Assembly (NCBI GenBank): GCA_963762565.1
Contig: CAVXLD010000003.1
Span: 256,001 to 320,000, forward strand
DNA from: an uncultured Verrucomicrobiae bacterium
GTDB taxonomy: Bacteria; Verrucomicrobiota; Verrucomicrobiia; Chthoniobacterales; JAFAMB01
Direction of reading: 5' to 3'
DNA length: 64,000 nt
Below the pieces are notes generated by a model that saw only the letters and a list, made by a program, of their open reading frames with translations, did no database searches and was not told the DNA's origin. The translations under genes and the position numbers were made by a program. Positions 8,709-18,155 of this stretch are shown here, one piece after another. Each line of letters begins with the position of its first letter. The stretch's first letter is position 1.

Positions 8709-11546
8709 TTAATTTTCCCGGAACAGCGACTCCTCAATGCGCAGATCGCAGGTCATGAGATCGGGTACGCCGGGTTCCAGTGGTGGTCGGCGGATCAGCT
8801 CGCCGGGGTCCTGCTCGGTGAAGGCGGATTGACCTGCATTAAGACTGAACCGGCGGAGTGGTTGATCCGTTTCGCGGTTCACGACGGTAAGCTCAAGGGG
8901 CAGCTGAACCGAAATCTTGGGATGCAGCGATGGATATAAAGCGGTCGCGCGGTAGCGTAAGCCGGCCACTAATTCTCGCGGTGAGAGCGAGCGGAATGAG
9001 AGTTCTCTGCCGTTAATGTAAATGGCATAGTTACGATGCGTATCCGTACTAATAGCGAACTCTAGACGTCCTATCGAGGTATCGACGAATCGGCTGGTGG
9101 TGCCACCATCAATCGGTGTGTCAGAAAGCAGCGGCCAAGCCTCTAACGCTCGCCTAACGGTTAATCCTTCAAAGGTGAGCAGAAGAGCAAATCGCCAATC
9201 CCAAATTTGTCGGAAGATGGCGGGATCGAAAGCGAAACCGAACTCCGCCAGATCGGTAAGCACGTCGCTGAGATCCATCCAAAGCGGGGTTGGCAAAAAG
9301 TACCGATCATGCAGATGATCTCCCCAGTCCTTCAAGCTGGTTTGGTAAGGCTTCTCCAGAAGATAAGCCAACAGTGAGCGGAACAAGAGGGCAACACCGG
9401 AGATCCAATCCGTCCTGGGTAAACTTTCAACGGCCCTGAACTCGATCAGTCCGAGAAATCCGCTCGGTGGACTCCAGAACTTGTCAAAACTGATTTCGCT
9501 CCGGTGCGGGTTCCCGCTGCTATCGGTATGGAGATGGCGCACGATTTCGCTGATCGCGCCGCGTTGATCTCCTGCGGGTAGTTTTTCGAGTTGGCGATAA
9601 GCGAGTTCCAGATCGAGCAAGCGTTGACCGCTCTCATCTGGTCGGGGGGCTTGTGCGGAAGGTCCAACGTAGGCGCCGGTAAACAAATACGATAGCGAGG
9701 GATGACGCTGCCAATAACGCAAGATCGATGCGAGCCAAACTGGGCGAGCGAAGAAAGGGTTCTGTTCAAGCGTGGCGCCACCAAACAGAACATGGTTTCC
9801 GCCTCCCGTCCCGAAAATCGTAGTACTCTCCTTGTGAGCTCGTAACCCGATCGAGGAAGCGATTCTCGACAATCGATCGACCCAGTCTCCGTATTCTTGC
9901 CAGGACAAGCACGCCGGTAGATTGACTTCCAGTACACCGGGATCTGCTGTAAAAACCAGGTGTGACCAGCTAGGCGGGGTGTCGACAGGCGCGTACCCCT
10001 GCCAATTTACGGAAACGGATTGGAGGAGCTCCGAGCAGATGCGGATCAACTGTTCGAACGGACCAGCCAACAGGGGTGGAAGAAATAACTCCACATGATC
10101 CGAAGCCAGGTCGATGACCATTGCTCGCCGTAAAGCTTCTGGAGGCAGGTCCTGCATCGGTAGGCGTAGACCGCTTGGTCCTTCGGCTGGCGTGAGCTCG
10201 AATCTACGGAGGTTCCATTTTTCCGTCCGCCATCGATCCTCTTGGTGATCGAGCGGTAAGACCCAGACCGATTTTTTTGGTTCTTTCGGGTCGACGGCCT
10301 TCAGCCAACGATCTTCTAGACCGAGCTTTTGGACAACACCGTCCCGAAATAGTTTAGCCACCCGTTCATCCGGCTTGTCTTCCCGGGCTTCTCCGGAGAG
10401 CTCGAATGGCTTTTCCGGGCGCAGAACATGTACCGCCCAGCGAGGATTCACTTCACCGGGGTAAAGTTTACCCGGAGAATAGAGCAACAGCGAACCTGGC
10501 CAAACCTCTTTCTCGACGGCCCGAGCAAACGCGTACGCGTAAAGCAGTTTGGTAGGACCAACCGCCGCGAAATTCCACTCCGGTCCTTCGGGATCTTCGG
10601 GTACATAGGTCGGTTCACCACCCATGGTGAGCAGCACGCTTTTGGTTTGCAGGACCTGCTCAACCTGGCCGGCAATCTGAAGAGGATCTTCCTGGGTAAA
10701 CAGACCCACCTGAAGTCTTGATTCGAATGTGCCGGGAATTTTTTCCTGTCCGAAGTAGCTGCCTTCGATTGGTGCTACATCGATTAGCGACACCCCAACC
10801 GCGGTGGGAATGAATCGATGATCGCAAAAAGACCCGTTGGTTGGATCGATGCCGACCCATCCGGCCCCCGGCAGGAATACCTCGACCCAGGCATGAAGAG
10901 CACTTTCAGGCCGGCGATCAGGAACATCGACTTGGAAATCGCATAGGAATCCGCTGACCAATCGTACGGCCAGGCCCTGTTTCCGCATAATGGTTGCGCA
11001 GAGCAGGGCGGTATCCCGGCACGCGCCGGATCGTAGCTCAAGCGTTTTCGCCGGTAACCGAGCATCTCCATCTTCGCGCACCTCGTAAGCGATCTCGTTG
11101 TGCAGAACTTGGGCGAGTTCGACCAGCGCCTCGACCGTGTCCCGTTTGTTTCCAAAGCGCCAGAGATGGTCAGGATCGAAATCCTCCTCGGGTTTCACGG
11201 TCAAAAAGGGCTCCAAAACTTTGGCTTCCTCGGCCGAATAGGTAAAAGGAATTTCGGTTGCGCGTGGCGCCAAAAGAAAATGAAACGGGTTCTTTGGCCA
11301 TAGCTCGACGTCCAGCCGGGTACGGAGCTCCAAGGTATCTGCCGGCTGAGGGAAAAAACAATTTGCGACCAGGTTATCGAAAAGATCCCGGCGATAGTGG
11401 ACATCACCGGTAACGTTAATCAGCGTCTCCAATCGATGGGTTATGATCGCTTGGTCTGTCCGCGGGTAGAGACGGATCCGATGCGGCGAAAAGCTGACCG
11501 GCTTTTCGTAACTGTACTTCATACAGTTTTCGATTTGGATACGCAT
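8709..11546 (-). CDS. Transglutaminase-like domain fused to DUF2126 putative amidoligase
   Basis: GACRD, HAWVEV and DPTN triad motifs, followed by LTMGGEPT, DPGVLEVN, TGGGNH, APRPDE, NPHRSE and GLIEFRA. Confidence 0.88.
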   Translation of the reverse strand: MRIQIENCMKYSYEKPVSFSPHRIRLYPRTDQAIITHRLETLINVTGDVHYRRDLFDNLVANCFFPQPADTLELRTRLDVELWPKNPFHFLLAPRATEIPFTYSAEEAKVLEPFLTVKPEEDFDPDHLWRFGNKRDTVEALVELAQVLHNEIAYEVREDGDARLPAKTLELRSGACRDTALLCATIMRKQGLAVRLVSGFLCDFQVDVPDRRPESALHAWVEVFLPGAGWVGIDPTNGSFCDHRFIPTAVGVSLIDVAPIEGSYFGQEKIPGTFESRLQVGLFTQEDPLQIAGQVEQVLQTKSVLLTMGGEPTYVPEDPEGPEWNFAAVGPTKLLYAYAFARAVEKEVWPGSLLLYSPGKLYPGEVNPRWAVHVLRPEKPFELSGEAREDKPDERVAKLFRDGVVQKLGLEDRWLKAVDPKEPKKSVWVLPLDHQEDRWRTEKWNLRRFELTPAEGPSGLRLPMQDLPPEALRRAMVIDLASDHVELFLPPLLAGPFEQLIRICSELLQSVSVNWQGYAPVDTPPSWSHLVFTADPGVLEVNLPACLSWQEYGDWVDRLSRIASSIGLRAHKESTTIFGTGGGNHVLFGGATLEQNPFFARPVWLASILRYWQRHPSLSYLFTGAYVGPSAQAPRPDESGQRLLDLELAYRQLEKLPAGDQRGAISEIVRHLHTDSSGNPHRSEISFDKFWSPPSGFLGLIEFRAVESLPRTDWISGVALLFRSLLAYLLEKPYQTSLKDWGDHLHDRYFLPTPLWMDLSDVLTDLAEFGFAFDPAIFRQIWDWRFALLLTFEGLTVRRALEAWPLLSDTPIDGGTTSRFVDTSIGRLEFAISTDTHRNYAIYINGRELSFRSLSPRELVAGLRYRATALYPSLHPKISVQLPLELTVVNRETDQPLRRFSLNAGQSAFTEQDPGELIRRPPLEPGVPDLMTCDLRIEESLFREN

Positions 11547-11554
11547 GGTTAAGG

Positions 11555-11670
11555 AGGCGAAACGGCGAAACGGCGAGTGGGCGAGTGGGCGAAACGGCGA
11601 AACGGCGAAACGGCGAATGGGCGTGTCTGCGAGTCGCCCCTTCGCCGTTTCGCCCTTTCGCCGTTTCGAG
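11555..11670. repeat. (GGCGAAAC)n array with its reverse complement
   Basis: Seen directly. The same family occurs near 12675/12890, 36870/37020, 44685/44800 and 50335. Confidence 0.85.
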
Positions 11671-11729
11671 GTTTTTTCATGTTCTGCGCGTTACCTCGAT
11701 GTAATCTGTCATTTGTCATACGTGTAGCG

Positions 11730-12629
11730 TTAGGCAACGCCCGTTGCGGGCGGGGAGGTTTTCAGACGTCGCACTCGGACCCTGACCTTAATGGATTGGC
11801 TGCCGGCGCCTTTAAATGTGCCACGCACGGGAGCGGCGTCGCTCGCGTCTCGTCCGAAGGAAACCGCGATATGTTGCTCACCACACCAACAGTTGTTGGT
11901 TGGATCCAACGCAACCCATGTTTGTCCGGGGACCAGCACTTCGACCCAGGCATGCGTTGCCACTGAGCCAACCAACACCGGCAAGCCGTTACCGGTCGAC
12001 GGCGGCGGCGACGTTTCGATATACCCGCAGACGTATCGGGCGGGTAACCCGGCGGTTCGAAGCACGCTGAGCATGATATGGGCAAAGTCTTGACATACTC
12101 CTTTTCGAGCTTTCCAGACGAAACCCACATCAGTCGAAAATTTGGTTGAACCTTGTTCGTACTCGAAAGTCTCGTAGATACTGCGGTTCAGTTGTTCAAG
12201 GCCTTCACGGACGATCCCGTTTCCCCGAAGGTACCGTTTGGCCCATTGCGTGGCATCTCTTCCAATTTTGACCATTTCTGTGGGCTGCAAATAGTCGAAG
12301 GAGAAAGGCAGCGTGGAAGTAAGGATTTGCCGGGATTCTTGGACGCTGAGCGCCAAGCTCGGTTCGGGCAGAGGTGAGCGGGTGGTGCTGACGACGGCTT
12401 CGCTTTCGATAACCAGGCGAGAGTGCCGGAACGGGAGTGAAATAACCGATACTTGATTCCCAAAGTAATCTTCGTAATCGGACGGAGTTACGGTCGGATC
12501 TAAAGTGAGCGTATGCCTCTTGACCGCCTGATCCCGCCGATTGAGCGGTTTCAACCGGAGCTCGAGATACGCTTCCGCCACTGGCGCCGTGTAATGGTAA
12601 TCGGTAACATGAGAAACGCGGAAGAGCAT
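11730..12629 (-). CDS. Transglutaminase family protein (Bact_transglu_N plus core)
   Basis: GVCQDFAH, ARYVCGY, THAWVEV, LDPTN and GRD motifs. Confidence 0.92.
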   Translation of the reverse strand: MLFRVSHVTDYHYTAPVAEAYLELRLKPLNRRDQAVKRHTLTLDPTVTPSDYEDYFGNQVSVISLPFRHSRLVIESEAVVSTTRSPLPEPSLALSVQESRQILTSTLPFSFDYLQPTEMVKIGRDATQWAKRYLRGNGIVREGLEQLNRSIYETFEYEQGSTKFSTDVGFVWKARKGVCQDFAHIMLSVLRTAGLPARYVCGYIETSPPPSTGNGLPVLVGSVATHAWVEVLVPGQTWVALDPTNNCWCGEQHIAVSFGRDASDAAPVRGTFKGAGSQSIKVRVRVRRLKTSPPATGVA

Positions 12630-12702
12630 GCCCTGGACGGGTTCTTATGCCATGCATGGGAGGAACGCAAGCGGGGGCGAGTGGGCGAGTGGGCGAAACG
12701 GC

Positions 12703-12866
12703 GGTAGGGCGAAAATCTCGGCGCGCCGCGGATGGGCTATTCACGCTATGCTTGCACGCGCCGAGACCCGCCGCCGCTACGCTTTGGCGCGGCCCTGTTC
12801 TGCAACTTGTCACACCCGAACGCCGGCCGCGACGTAGGCTTTGCGAAGTCGGGTTTTCGCCCTACC
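12703..12866. repeat. GTAG REP doublet, family B, with one arm split by an insert of about 90 bp
   Basis: GGTAGGGCGAAAATCTCGGCGCGCC arm. The partner arm reads gcgccgaga[cccgcc...gtcggg]ttttcgccctacc. Confidence 0.85.
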
Positions 12867-12922
12867 GGGCGCATTTCGACGTGTCGCCCATTCGCCGGTG
12901 CGCCCTTTCGCCCATTCGTTCC

Positions 12923-14833
12923 TTACGCGCCCGCCCGCTGGCGGATAATCTCCCGTATCGCCTCTAACGCCACTGGGTCCTCGAGGGTGCTCAGGTCTCC
13001 GGTCTCCCGGCCTTCGGCGGCGGCCAAGATTGCTCGACGGAGGATTTTGCCTGACCGGGTCTTGGGAAGAGCGCGGATGATATGAATTGCGGCAGGCCGC
13101 GAGAAAGCTCCGAGCTGCGAGACCACGACTGATTCGATTTCTTTCTGTAAACGGGTTTGGCTCTCGGCATCCGCCAAATCCTGTTTGGCTACAACGAAGC
13201 AATGAACCGCTTGGCCCTTTAGCTCGTCGCTTGCCCCCACAGCCGCAGCTTCGGCGACCTGCGGATGTGAGCAAATCGTCTCCTCGATTTCCCGGCTTCC
13301 CAATCGGTGGCCAGCGACGTTTATCACATCGTCGGAACGCCCAAGGATAAAGAAATAACCGTCTTCGTCCTGAATCGCGTAATCGAAAGTCGAGTAAAGG
13401 TGGGCTTCAGAGAATTGGCCGCAATAATGGTTTGCGAATACCTGATCGCTTTTCCAGATCGTTGGCATACATCCTGGGGGCAGGGGGAGGCCTAAGGCGA
13501 GGATGCCTTTTTCATTTGGCGGCAGCGTCTTGCCGGTGACGGGATCGACGATTTTGGCATCGTATCCGGGCATGGCGATACCGGGAGAGCCGGGCTTGAT
13601 GTGTGGGGCTTCGATCTTAGGCAGGAGAGCCAGGACAGGCCAGCCAGTCTCGGTCTGCCAGTAGTTGTCGATGACTGGGATGCCGAGCGCTTCGCTGATC
13701 CAGGACCAACTTGGTTCATCCAGGGGTTCTCCGGCCAGATAAAGGCGTTGCAGACTGCTGGTATCGTATTTCTTTAGCAGCGCCGGATCTTGCCTCTTCA
13801 GGGTCCGGATGGCAGTGGGGGAGGTGAACATGACCGAAGCGCGGAACCGCTCCACGATCTTCCACCAGATCCCGCCGTCCGGTTTGATCGGCAGTCCTTC
13901 GTAAAAGATCGTGGTCATTCCATGGATCAGCGGTCCATAGACGCCATATGAATGTCCAACCGCCCAACCTACATCGGCGGCGGTGAACATGACCTGGCCG
14001 GGTTCACCGGCAAACAGGTATCTCATCGAGGTGGCCAGGGCGACGGCATACCCGCCGGTATCACGCTGTACTCCCTTTGGCTTGGCGGTCGTGCCGGAGG
14101 TATAAAGAAGATAGCTGCTCTCGGTAGAATCCAGCCATTCGACCGGCACAGCCTCTTTCTCGTGCGCTTGGCGAAGGGTTGCGTAATCGACGTCTCGGCC
14201 CTCAGTCCACGAGATCTTCGGGTCTAGTCCTCGGTTACAGACCAGGACGTTTTTCGGCGGGAGCTTAGTCAGAGCGACTGCTTCGTCGGCCAATTGTTTA
14301 AGAGGAACCACTTTACCACCGCGCAACCCAATATCAGCCGTGATCAACACTGCAGCCTCAGCGTCATCAATGCGAGTGGCTAAGCTGGCGGGCGCAAAAC
14401 CGGCGAATACGACCGAATGGATGATGCCGAGCCGGACGCAAGCCAGCATGGAGAACGCCGCCTCGGGAATCATCGGCAAATAGATAACGGCACGATCACC
14501 CCGCTTAAGGCCGAGCGATCGAAGCACGGCGGCAAAAGTATTTACCTCGTCGTAAAGCTCTTGTAATGTGTAGGTTCTCTCCGTTTCTACTTCCGTAGAA
14601 ATAAAATAAAGAGCGGGTTGTGCGGCCCGAGCCGGCAAATGTCGATCCACCGCATTGTAGCAAATATTGGTTTTGCCGCCGACGAACCACCGCGAGAAAG
14701 GCGGTCGGCTAAAATCGCAAACTTGGTCGAATGGACGTTGCCAGTGGATGGCTTTGGCTTGTTCAGTCCAAAAACTGTCGCGATCGGTTAAAGCCTGTGT
14801 GCAGAATTCCTTGGCTCGAAGACTGGCGCTCAT
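12923..14833 (-). CDS. prpE: Propionate--CoA ligase (acetate/propionate CoA ligase family)
   Basis: YTSGTTAKPKGVQRDTGGYAVAL, DNYWQTETG and PKTRSGK motifs. Confidence 0.88.
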   Translation of the reverse strand: MSASLRAKEFCTQALTDRDSFWTEQAKAIHWQRPFDQVCDFSRPPFSRWFVGGKTNICYNAVDRHLPARAAQPALYFISTEVETERTYTLQELYDEVNTFAAVLRSLGLKRGDRAVIYLPMIPEAAFSMLACVRLGIIHSVVFAGFAPASLATRIDDAEAAVLITADIGLRGGKVVPLKQLADEAVALTKLPPKNVLVCNRGLDPKISWTEGRDVDYATLRQAHEKEAVPVEWLDSTESSYLLYTSGTTAKPKGVQRDTGGYAVALATSMRYLFAGEPGQVMFTAADVGWAVGHSYGVYGPLIHGMTTIFYEGLPIKPDGGIWWKIVERFRASVMFTSPTAIRTLKRQDPALLKKYDTSSLQRLYLAGEPLDEPSWSWISEALGIPVIDNYWQTETGWPVLALLPKIEAPHIKPGSPGIAMPGYDAKIVDPVTGKTLPPNEKGILALGLPLPPGCMPTIWKSDQVFANHYCGQFSEAHLYSTFDYAIQDEDGYFFILGRSDDVINVAGHRLGSREIEETICSHPQVAEAAAVGASDELKGQAVHCFVVAKQDLADAESQTRLQKEIESVVVSQLGAFSRPAAIHIIRALPKTRSGKILRRAILAAAEGRETGDLSTLEDPVALEAIREIIRQRAGA

Positions 14834-14978
14834 CTTGGGGGGTGAGCAGAGGATACAGGAGGTAGGAGGTAGAATCTAGGAGCGAATGGGCGTTGACGTT
14901 CGGCGTTCGGCGTTTGGCGTTCGGCATTTCGTGCTCGTGCTCGTGCTCCTCAAGAACCAATGAGTGTCGCATGCCCTA

Positions 14979-15232
14979 CGCCTGGAGGGGAGCCGCTTTT
15001 GTGCGTTCTGAAACCGCGACCGGGAGCGGAGATAACACGCCCGGAGATAAGGGAAACCATCTAGCAGGCGGCTCCCGGGAATAACCCAGCGTAATGTCTT
15101 TACCCAGCGCCTCTGTTCCGAAAGGTCGATACGCGTTCGCGATAGAACTGCAAAACGAGGAGCCGTTCTCGGGAGCCGCTTGCTAGCAAAATCAAGGAGC
15201 TGCCTCGTGATAAAGCGGCTCCCCTCCAGGCG
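14979..15232. repeat. REP doublet, family C (GGAGGGGAGCCGC), with inner GGCTCCCGGGA pair
   Basis: cgcctggaggggagccgcttt pairs with aaagcggctcccctccaggcg. Confidence 0.85.
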
Positions 15233-15293
15233 CTGGGGGCTTTGCGCGCTGCGTGTTTACAACTTCGAACTTGAAACCTAAAACTTAAAACCT

Positions 15294-17828
15294 CTAGCCA
15301 AACAACGTGGGTTCGGGCTCGGAGATGATGCTTTGGTGAGTCAGGAAGTTGTCGGCGATGACGTAATGGACTTGTTGAATTTCGTCGAACAGACGATTGG
15401 TGAGCCCGACGAGCTCATCGGCTTGCAGTACCCGGCCTGGGCTTTCTTCGGATTCGAGGAAAAACGAATACCAATCGAGGCGCCGGATCTGGCGAACTAA
15501 GTCTTCCAGGAAATTGAGCGCCACGCGGGCCTGCGAAGAATTCTTCGGCAGCGACGCGCTCAAGAGGGCGGTACAGTGTTCAAGCGCATACATCACGGAG
15601 CGCGGCATGGCCGGGTTTTGCCAGAGGAATTCTAGAACCGGCGCTGGCTCGGAGCGTGTCTGGTAGATGCGGCGATAGGAGTCGCGGCAGCCCAGCAATC
15701 GTAAAAAGACAGAAAGCTCGATATCCAAGGCGGGACGGGCTTCGTTTGTCCGGCGGACCGAGGAAGCCACGCTGAAGGCGGCGTTGGCTGTCGTGATTGC
15801 CCGTTCCACGTACATCCCAAGCTCGCAAAAGCGCCAGCCGTCGTCCGCTAACATGGTCTGCTGAGCGGTGGCAAAGAACTGAGGGATATAGGCAAGAACC
15901 GCTTCCGAGATCCGGCGGGTTGTTCTTCGAGCCTCGGCTTCCAGCGCATCCTCTTGCAGGCGCCGCCGTTGAAACTGACCTCGCAATAGCGAAAGGACAG
16001 ACCAGCCTTCCGGACTAATTACTTCGAGTAGGGAGCTGGCGTTGGCTAGTGCGCGCCGGATCATGGTTGTCACCGACCCGGCTTGTTCCGGGTCGAGCAT
16101 TAAGTGGTAGCGTTCCTTAACACTATTGATGCCACGTCGGCCGCGGCGCCCAGAGGTTTCCAGGGGAGGGAGCAGTTGGTTCCAGATCGGACGATAGAGC
16201 TTCCGCTCCGCCAAGGTAAGCTCTTCCATCTCAATCGTCTCGATGTATTGGATCATTTTGGCGATATGCAAAGCGCGCTCGAGATACCGGCCTAACCAAT
16301 AAAACCCCTCCGCAACCCGGCTAGTCACTTGACGGGTCGGCAATATCCAGGGGCGCCGAAAAGCAGGCGCTACCGCCGGCGCCGCTGCATGTGGACTTAA
16401 CACCCAGGTGTCTTTGCTGCCGCCGCCATGTTCCGACTCGGTGCGCCCCTTGGTCGATGACGACAAACGAGTGAGCGCACCCGGAAAGACGTTGAAGGAG
16501 TTACCTTCGCGCATGCCGTAGACGATGTGATCCTGAAGTCGTTCAACTTCTTTCCCTTTAACGAAGCAAAGCGTTCGCGCGGTGTCATCGACGGGCTGCG
16601 CCACATAAAGATGCGGGGCCTTGCGAACCTCATTCTCGATCTCCAGAGGACCTTTCTCGGACTGGTGTAACGCGAGGAACCGCTCACCGGTAAGGGATCT
16701 AATTTGAAACGAGTCGAGGCTCCCCAGGACCATCTCCCTTTGGTCCAGATCTCCCAGCCAATAGGTCGTCAACGTCGGCAAGATGGGCCATTCCCCGAGG
16801 TAGAACCGGATAATGGCGCTAGCGAAATGTAATAGGCTTCGGTCGTCGGCCAGATGGGATCCGACGGCGTTCACGAGAGTAACCGTTCCCTTACGTAGGC
16901 AATGGACCAGACCCGGTACCCCTAGCCGGCTGTCGGTATTGAAAACCAATGGGTCCAGCCAGGGATCAGCAACACGTGAATAGACGACATCGACTCGTTC
17001 CAGGCCCGAAACCGTTTTGAGGAAGAGGCTGCCGTCGAGAACTAACAGGTCTTCGCCCTGTACGAGCGGGATACCCATTCTCCGGGCGAGAAAGCTGTGT
17101 TCGGAGTAGACGGCGCTGGCTACTCCAGGAGTCAGTAAAACAACCGCCGGGTCAGCCAGATTGGACATCGTCCGTAGCCGCATAAGAATTTCGGTCGGTA
17201 ACTGAGCGACCGATTCCACTGGATGATGCTCGAACAGGTCGGGTACGACCCTGGCCAACAGTCGCCGATTCTGGATCATGTAGGAGAGCCCCGAAGCATT
17301 TCCGAAATAATGATTTTTGACCGTTAGCTTTCCTTCCGGGTTTCGGCAGATAGCGAGGCCGCTCAAATGCAGGTACGCACCCTGCGGAGGACGCAGCCCA
17401 ACGGCGCTGCGGTGGAAATGGGGGCTGCCTAGCAATAACGGAATAGGGAGTGCGCCTTCACGGAGGATTTCGCGTTGACCATAGACGTCCAGGAGGAACA
17501 ACTCGAAGGCACGAATCCGTTGTTGGAAGCCTTTCTCAAGCAATTCCCACTCGTCCGGTAGGAAAATGTGCGGGAGCAAATCAGAGAACCAGGTGTTTTG
17601 CTGGTTGGAATTGGATCCCTCGAAGGCGATACCCAATTCGCGCAGGGTCGCGTCTAGACGTTCCTCCAGCTCTTTTAGATCGGCGGCCGAATAGTGACGC
17701 TCAAGGTGTTCAAGCAGTGGCTGGTATTGCTTCCGCGGCCGGCCGCGAGAGTCCAGAATTTCGTGCCATGGTCGAGCTTGGGTTTGCACGGAGACAGCAA
17801 GGGTATGGGAGGAGTTCAAGGAGTTCAA
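15294..17828 (-). CDS. Circularly permuted type-2 ATP-grasp protein fused to alpha-E domain (DUF404+DUF403)
   Basis: SEHSFLARRMG, DSRLGVPGL and GGGSKDTWV motifs, then SRVAEGFYWLGRYLERA and GMYVERA (alpha-E ER motifs). Start uncertain. Confidence 0.9.
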   Translation of the reverse strand: MNSLNSSHTLAVSVQTQARPWHEILDSRGRPRKQYQPLLEHLERHYSAADLKELEERLDATLRELGIAFEGSNSNQQNTWFSDLLPHIFLPDEWELLEKGFQQRIRAFELFLLDVYGQREILREGALPIPLLLGSPHFHRSAVGLRPPQGAYLHLSGLAICRNPEGKLTVKNHYFGNASGLSYMIQNRRLLARVVPDLFEHHPVESVAQLPTEILMRLRTMSNLADPAVVLLTPGVASAVYSEHSFLARRMGIPLVQGEDLLVLDGSLFLKTVSGLERVDVVYSRVADPWLDPLVFNTDSRLGVPGLVHCLRKGTVTLVNAVGSHLADDRSLLHFASAIIRFYLGEWPILPTLTTYWLGDLDQREMVLGSLDSFQIRSLTGERFLALHQSEKGPLEIENEVRKAPHLYVAQPVDDTARTLCFVKGKEVERLQDHIVYGMREGNSFNVFPGALTRLSSSTKGRTESEHGGGSKDTWVLSPHAAAPAVAPAFRRPWILPTRQVTSRVAEGFYWLGRYLERALHIAKMIQYIETIEMEELTLAERKLYRPIWNQLLPPLETSGRRGRRGINSVKERYHLMLDPEQAGSVTTMIRRALANASSLLEVISPEGWSVLSLLRGQFQRRRLQEDALEAEARRTTRRISEAVLAYIPQFFATAQQTMLADDGWRFCELGMYVERAITTANAAFSVASSVRRTNEARPALDIELSVFLRLLGCRDSYRRIYQTRSEPAPVLEFLWQNPAMPRSVMYALEHCTALLSASLPKNSSQARVALNFLEDLVRQIRRLDWYSFFLESEESPGRVLQADELVGLTNRLFDEIQQVHYVIADNFLTHQSIISEPEPTLFG

Positions 17829-17892
17829 GGAGCGCGTTGGCGTCTCGGCGTAATAGGACGTGGGGTACGGCGTGTGCTGGGCGCTGTGAACG

Positions 17893-17965
17893 AATAGGAC
17901 CTATGGGACCTATAGGACCTATAGGTTAGCCCATATAAGTCCCATCAGTCCTATAAGTCCCATCC
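17893..17965. repeat. (ATAGGACCT)n 9-mer array and its inverse
   Basis: Seen directly. Also near 36940, 40838 and 55206. Confidence 0.8.
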
Positions 17966-18029
17966 GCTCGCAGCGCCCAGTTCGTACTTTGCACCCACGC
18001 GTTCAAGGCCGACACGGCGTGCACAAGAC

Positions 18030-18058
18030 TTGCCAATTTCCGATTTGCGCGACATTCT
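18030..18058 (+). promoter_or_regulatory. Candidate sigma70 promoter of gdh
   Basis: TTGCCA-N17-CATTCT about 100 bp upstream of the ATG. Confidence 0.35.
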
Positions 18059-18155
18059 TGCTCAACCGTGGATCCTTTAATAGGACCGTTGAACAGACCC
18101 CCTAATTGAAGAGGGCCGCACTGCGTGCGGCCTTTGTTGTCTTCAGATCCCTTTT

